NCBI GenBank assembly: GCA_963663965.2 | Contig: CAXXFK010000042.1 | Span: 182,613 to 246,612 of the forward strand | Direction of reading: 5' to 3' | Length of the DNA: 64,000 nucleotides | Origin: Sedimentisphaerales bacterium | Lineage (GTDB): Bacteria; Planctomycetota; Phycisphaerae; Sedimentisphaerales; SM23-30 | Shown here: in pieces, positions 58,922 through 64,000 of the stretch | Numbering within the stretch: the first letter of the stretch is position 1 | How the letters are laid out: each line of letters starts with the position of its first letter | Notes under the pieces: model-generated | What the model saw: the letters and a program-made list of their open reading frames with translations, nothing else | The model's database searches: none | What the model was told of the DNA's origin: nothing | Position numbers and translations under genes: made by a program

Positions 58922-61828
58922 ATGTTGTCTATTCGTTCCTTGAATACCCGCATCCTGCTTGTGATCTGTCTGACGCTGCTGTTTAGTACGCTCATCAGCT
59001 CACTGGCGATCGGCCACATTCAAAAACGGTTGATTGACCGCGATCAGGACCGCTTCTACCAATTGTCACTGGATTGGATTGTCGATCAGTTGAAGGTTGC
59101 CCAGTCCGAGCTGGAATCGCTGGGGATCGCCGAGGCTTATCGGGATGAGTTTCAGGAACGTTTCCTCGCCGATTTTCATGAAAAATATTTAAGCGATGAA
59201 AGTCTCAAGTCCAATTTATCGGTCTATCCGTTTATTATTGACCGCACCTATCGAGTGGTGGCCCATCCTTTTCTCGATAGAAATACCGATCTGCTGATTG
59301 AAGCCGGTCTGGATAATGAAGTCAATTTCATCGAGGAAATGGTGCGGTTGCAGAATGGAAGTCTCGATTATAATTTCCGGGGCGCAAAAAAATGGATGTG
59401 CTTTAAAGCGTTTGAGCCATGGGGCTGGATGATAGCATATTCCGTTCCGTATGAAGTCAAATACGCCAGCGCCAGACAGATGCGCATGATCCTTTTCACC
59501 ACCCTGTCAATCGCGACACTCATTGCCATGTTGGTGGCCTCCTGGATTGTTTCTGGTTTTATCCGTCCGGTGGGTCAGCTCACCGAAACTGCCCGTCAGA
59601 TCCGGGACGGTGATAATGAGATTCTGGCGCGGGTAAATAGCCAGGACGAAGTCGGGGAATTGGCGGACGCGTTTAACAATATGACCCGTAAACTGCGCAA
59701 CTCCATCCAGGAAGTCAATGCCGTTAATACTATTCTAAAGGAAAATCAGGCGCTTTTGGAGCAGGAAATCAGTGAACGGATGCAGGCCGAACAGGAAAGT
59801 CTCAATGCCCGGGATGCCGCCCAGGCCGCCAATGCGGCCAAAAGCGATTTCCTCGCCAACATGAGTCATGAAATCCGCACGCCAATGAACGGAGTCATGG
59901 GAATGGCCGAACTGTTGTTGAATACGGAATTAAGCGAACAGCAAATCAAATATACCGAAACCATCCAGAAATCGGCTTTGGATCTGCTCGCGATTATCAA
60001 CGATATCCTGGATTTCTCGAAAATCGAAGCCGGGCGGCTGATATTGGATGACCGGCCTTTTGATCTGGGATTGATCGTGGATGACGTGGCCGGTATGGTC
60101 GCCGTTCAAGCCCGTAAAAAGAACATTGAGGTCGTGGTCGATTACGCGCCTCAATTGTCCCGGTGGTTCCGGGGCGATGGTTCCAGACTACGCCAGGTCA
60201 TGATGAATATTGTCGGCAACGCCATTAAATTTACCTGCCATGGCCATGTGTTGATTCAAGTCGAGGTTGGGAATGAATCGACCCAGTCGGCGCGGATTGT
60301 GATACGGATCGAAGATACCGGAATCGGAATCGCGGCGGAGAAAATAGATCACATTTTCGAAAAATTCAGCCAGGGCGATAACTCAACCACACGAAAATTC
60401 GGTGGAACGGGCCTGGGACTGGCCGTGACCAGGGGACTGGTGGAATTAATGGGGGGCGCCATCCGGGTGGAAAGCCAGGTCAATGTCGGCAGTGTGTTCT
60501 GGATTGAATTGACATTGCCCCCGACCGAGCCTCAGGAAACAGTCACGGCGCCGCTCGATGATCTGGCGGATTTTGAGGGAATGAATGTATTGGTCGTTGA
60601 TGATCGTGAACCCAACCGGCATATTCTGAAAGAAATTCTGGAATCCTGGAATTTCATCCCTCATCTGGCGGATGGGGGGGGGAAGGCCCTGGACATGTTG
60701 GAACAGGCGCGGGACCGGCAGCAACCCTTTGATTTAATTATTCTGGATGGTATGATGCCGGATATGGACGGTTTTCAGGTGGCCGAAAAAATACGCCAAT
60801 CCGATGGAGACGCCTACAACCGGTTGCTCATGCTGACCTCTTCCGATTTCGGCAACGAATCGACTCTCTGCCGCGATCTGAACATGGCGTACCTGTTCAA
60901 ACCGGTGCGCCAGCATGAACTGGCCCATGCCATCTTGCGGGTGATGCGCAAACAGGGCGAAACCACCGGCGACTCTCCCGGCCAGGACCTAACGGCCGCC
61001 CAACCCGGTAAACCGGTTGCGTCACACGGGCTGAAACTGTTGCTGGTTGAAGACAACCTTATCAATCAGGAAGTGGCCGTCGGGATCCTGGAATTAATGG
61101 GGCATCAGGTGGTCGTGGCCCAGGATGGCGTCGAAGGGGTGAGTTGTTATCAGAAGGACAAGTACGATTTGATCTTTATGGATATCCAGATGCCGGTTAT
61201 GAGCGGTATCGAAGCGACCGATCAGATCCGGCAGATTGATGCCGCGGAACAGACACATATTCCCATTGTTGCCATGACCGCCAATGCCTTGAAAGGGGAC
61301 CGGGAACGTTTCCTGGCCGCCGGGATGGATGATTACATCAGCAAACCCATTCAGCCGGATGAAATTGCCCGGGTCTTGCAGCGTTTTTTCCCGGATGTCT
61401 TTGAATCGGGATCGGCAGGTCAGTCTCAGGACAATCCGCCGCACCCCTTCCCGGTTAAGTCATCCAATGAGTCAGATATTATCGAACTGGATTCGCTGAA
61501 AAAACGCTGCATGAATAAAGAGGATGTCCTGCTTCGAATCTTGAAAATGTTCGCTCGTAAAATGCCTCAGGTGGTCGAAGAACTCAACAGTCTGCTTCAA
61601 AAAGATCTGCTGGAAGAGGCCTGGCGTCAGGCTCATGCGATCAAGGGGGCGGCGGCCAATATTTCCGCCCCGTCATTAAGTGCGATTGCCGCTGAAGTGG
61701 AACAGCGTGCCCGGATTGGCGCTCGGGAACATGCCTGCAGTTCACTGTTGCAACTCAAGCTGGAAATGAAACGGTGTCTGAATCAAATTGAACGGATTGT
61801 CAGCGACGCACAATCGCTTCAAAATTGA
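58922..61828 (+). CDS. Hybrid sensor histidine kinase (TM-Cache-TM-HAMP-HisKA-HATPase-REC-REC-HPt)
   Basis: DEVGELADAFN, FLANMSHEIRTPMNG, GNAIKFT, GGTGLGL, two receiver domains (LDGMMP, MDIQMP), AHAIKGAA. Confidence 0.95.
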   Translation: MLSIRSLNTRILLVICLTLLFSTLISSLAIGHIQKRLIDRDQDRFYQLSLDWIVDQLKVAQSELESLGIAEAYRDEFQERFLADFHEKYLSDESLKSNLSVYPFIIDRTYRVVAHPFLDRNTDLLIEAGLDNEVNFIEEMVRLQNGSLDYNFRGAKKWMCFKAFEPWGWMIAYSVPYEVKYASARQMRMILFTTLSIATLIAMLVASWIVSGFIRPVGQLTETARQIRDGDNEILARVNSQDEVGELADAFNNMTRKLRNSIQEVNAVNTILKENQALLEQEISERMQAEQESLNARDAAQAANAAKSDFLANMSHEIRTPMNGVMGMAELLLNTELSEQQIKYTETIQKSALDLLAIINDILDFSKIEAGRLILDDRPFDLGLIVDDVAGMVAVQARKKNIEVVVDYAPQLSRWFRGDGSRLRQVMMNIVGNAIKFTCHGHVLIQVEVGNESTQSARIVIRIEDTGIGIAAEKIDHIFEKFSQGDNSTTRKFGGTGLGLAVTRGLVELMGGAIRVESQVNVGSVFWIELTLPPTEPQETVTAPLDDLADFEGMNVLVVDDREPNRHILKEILESWNFIPHLADGGGKALDMLEQARDRQQPFDLIILDGMMPDMDGFQVAEKIRQSDGDAYNRLLMLTSSDFGNESTLCRDLNMAYLFKPVRQHELAHAILRVMRKQGETTGDSPGQDLTAAQPGKPVASHGLKLLLVEDNLINQEVAVGILELMGHQVVVAQDGVEGVSCYQKDKYDLIFMDIQMPVMSGIEATDQIRQIDAAEQTHIPIVAMTANALKGDRERFLAAGMDDYISKPIQPDEIARVLQRFFPDVFESGSAGQSQDNPPHPFPVKSSNESDIIELDSLKKRCMNKEDVLLRILKMFARKMPQVVEELNSLLQKDLLEEAWRQAHAIKGAAANISAPSLSAIAAEVEQRARIGAREHACSSLLQLKLEMKRCLNQIERIVSDAQSLQN

Positions 61829-61880
61829 AAGCAGCAAGTTTATTTTTAACCGCCCTGTTCGAATGGTCGGGTCAATAAAA

Positions 61881-61923
61881 AGACCGCATACAACCTTGAA
61901 TGAATTCTTAGAGGTGTCCTTAA
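61881..61923. mobile_element. Truncated right end of MITE-like family A
   Basis: AGACCGCATACAACCTTGAATGAATTCTTAGAGGTGTCCTTAA matches the copy-1 end AGACCGCTTGGCAGCCCTGAATGAATTTTTGAGGTTCCCTAA. Confidence 0.5.
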
Positions 61924-62001
61924 TATATCGATTTAACGCGGCCTGTTAAAGGCTGGACCTGAAAAGGATGTCTGATTTTTCGATAAGCGATAAAGACGCT
62001 C

Positions 62002-64000
62002 TTAGTGGTTTTCCCGAATGACTCTTAATGGCGGTTCGGTCGCCAGGCGTGTCTGGGCCAGCTTGAAATAAAAAGTCGACCCTTTGCCTATGCCTTCAGA
62101 CTCGACCCGGATACTGCCGCCATGGATTTCAATAATCCGTTTTACGATAGCCAGCCCCATCCCCACCCCTTCCGTTTCGGTATCCAGTTTCTCAAAGAGA
62201 CCAAATACTTTTTGATGATACGAGGGATCGATCCCGCGGCCATTATCCCGGACATACAGGGTTATCGCCTCTTTTCCCTGAATCGCCCCGATTTCAATCT
62301 TTGGATGGGGTTGCGCATCCATAAACTTAATGGCGTTATCCAGGAGATTCTGATACAATTCAATTAACCGCTGGGTATCGCCATAAAGAATGACCGGTTC
62401 ATCGGTGATAACGATTTCGACACCGCGCTCGTCGATCCGGCCGGCGACCAGATCCGCCGCCGTTTGAGCGATCATTTGCAGCGGACTCTCCTCGGGCGGA
62501 TTGACTTTACGGCCGATACGCGACAGATTCAGCAACTCATCCAGCAGGGTGCCCATTTTATGGGCGGCGTTTTTAATGAAATCCATATCCTTGGTGATGG
62601 CCGTTTTGTCATCGTTCTTCAGGTCTTCTTCCAGACATCCCATAAATGCGTTAATCGTAACCAGCGGAGTCTTCAAATCGTGAGAAGCGGTATAGGTAAA
62701 TCGCGTCAATTCATCATTAATACGCTGCAAATCCGCTTCGCGTTCTTTCTGCTCGGTGATATCCATAAAAATCACGATGGCCGCGATGACCTCGCCCGGG
62801 TCATTATGGATGGGCGCGGCGCTGGCTATGACAATACGGTCATCGTCGTCGTCGCGTCGAACGATAAATTCCCGTTTGTTGGTTTCGTTGTATATAATGG
62901 CGCGAGCCAGCGGAACTTCATCGTCTTTCAACGGAGTGCCGTCAAGATCCAGAAGCTGCCAGCTGGCCACATAACGATCGATCCCGATATCTTTGACGAT
63001 CGTTTCATAATCGCCGCCCCGAATAGCCAGACCCGCTTTGTTTACGTACCGCAATTTGCCGTCCGGCGCGTCGGCAATGGCGATTCCCACCGGACTCTGA
63101 TCCATGGCCGCCTGTAATATCGCCCGGGTCTCGCGCAGTTCCGCTTCGACCCGCTTTCGTTCCGTCACATCCCACACCGTGGAGATCATCAATTGCTTGC
63201 CCGGAACCGGCACATTCCGCGCGGAAATATAACGGGTCTCTTGCCCTTGACGGGTAATCGCCACATCACGCCAGAACATCCGTTCCGGATCGCTGCTGGC
63301 GCAATCCTCCAGTACCTGCTTTTTAATCTCCTCCCGGTATTGCGGGTCTTCATAGACGGCGTTCCAGAAATTGTCCGTGTCCTTCAGCGCCTTGCGCGTG
63401 GTTCGATAAAATTTGCAGAAATTGTCATTCAAATAATCGAACTTAACTTCTGGATCGACCGAATTGACGGAAATCCCCACCGGCAGATTATCCATAACCG
63501 TGCGGATAAAGGATTCGCTCTCCTGCAGCGCCTGTTCGATTTCGATCCGCTGGGTAATATCACGGGCCACCGCGTAGGTCAGTCCTTTTTCCAGGATCGG
63601 ATGGGAGGTCCATTCCAGCCAGCAGCAGGAACCGTCTTTTCGAATATAACGGTTCCGGAAGTTGATAACCAGTTCCCCCTGCTGCAATTTCTCATTGACA
63701 ATATCGATCGTCGACTGCATGTCGTCTGGATGGACATAGTCAAGAAAAGATCGTCCCTGCAATTCTTCCTGAGAATAGCCTAAAACGTTGATAAAGGCCG
63801 GATTCACTTTGATAAAGGAGGAGGTATTGATATCGGCCACGCAGACCAGATCGATCGACAGGTTGAACAGGTTCTCCAGTTCTTCCTGGGCCCGCTCTTG
63901 TTCGGTGATATCCATCACGGCCGATTGATAACCAACCAGATCGCCCCTGTCGTCTCGTATCACAGTTGCCAGACTCTGGGCGATAAAAGTGGCGCCATCG
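62002..64000 (-). CDS. Multi-PAS sensor histidine kinase (5' end beyond the window)
   Basis: Several PAS/PAC repeats, TASHDLKTPL, NLLDNAIKF, DNGRGI, GMGLAI. The frame stays open to the window edge (DGATFIAQSLATVIR). Confidence 0.93.
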   Translation of the reverse strand, partial: DGATFIAQSLATVIRDDRGDLVGYQSAVMDITEQERAQEELENLFNLSIDLVCVADINTSSFIKVNPAFINVLGYSQEELQGRSFLDYVHPDDMQSTIDIVNEKLQQGELVINFRNRYIRKDGSCCWLEWTSHPILEKGLTYAVARDITQRIEIEQALQESESFIRTVMDNLPVGISVNSVDPEVKFDYLNDNFCKFYRTTRKALKDTDNFWNAVYEDPQYREEIKKQVLEDCASSDPERMFWRDVAITRQGQETRYISARNVPVPGKQLMISTVWDVTERKRVEAELRETRAILQAAMDQSPVGIAIADAPDGKLRYVNKAGLAIRGGDYETIVKDIGIDRYVASWQLLDLDGTPLKDDEVPLARAIIYNETNKREFIVRRDDDDDRIVIASAAPIHNDPGEVIAAIVIFMDITEQKEREADLQRINDELTRFTYTASHDLKTPLVTINAFMGCLEEDLKNDDKTAITKDMDFIKNAAHKMGTLLDELLNLSRIGRKVNPPEESPLQMIAQTAADLVAGRIDERGVEIVITDEPVILYGDTQRLIELYQNLLDNAIKFMDAQPHPKIEIGAIQGKEAITLYVRDNGRGIDPSYHQKVFGLFEKLDTETEGVGMGLAIVKRIIEIHGGSIRVESEGIGKGSTFYFKLAQTRLATEPPLRVIRENH

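Noticed and set aside
1..64000. tRNA, rRNA, transposase, integrase or prophage genes
   Set aside because: None recognised by eye. The tail-fibre-like motif lies inside a cellular surface protein, not in a phage gene cluster.

Overview
Bacterial genomic window. The gene repertoire suggests an anaerobic planctomycete (Phycisphaerae-like); this is inference only. 0-5.5 kb: pyruvate kinase, a PQQ-type beta-propeller, a Tat-exported Gfo/Idh/MocA oxidoreductase and a TIM-barrel sugar isomerase. 5.8-16 kb (-): a giant secreted adhesin-like protein of about 3375 aa. It has a nested-module N-terminal head, 19 cadherin/He_PIG-like Ig repeats, a beta-propeller and a C-terminal ZU5-like domain with an HFS autoproteolysis motif. 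Each of these five genes carries one frameshift at a short homopolymer within the first 7 kb, probably from sequencing error. 17-57 kb (mostly +): a large exopolysaccharide/exosortase locus with EpsI, Wzx, a Wzy/ligase, six glycosyltransferases, four GNAT/FemAB-like proteins, two PLP aminotransferases, formyl-/acetyltransferases, a deacetylase, wecB, rfbA/B/D, exosortase, Wzc, a priming transferase and a giant TPR protein. It is followed by a LuxR HTH gene and two convergent PEP-CTERM-type (VPAPG) substrates carrying thioester-domain-like motifs, one behind a sigma-54 promoter. The locus also contains inverted-repeat-flanked small genes (GxxExxY, four-helix bundle), an in-frame palindromic insertion and two families of MITE-like palindromes. 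57-64 kb: lspA, a PilZ protein and two sensor histidine kinases. No rRNA, tRNA, CRISPR array or transposase was recognised.
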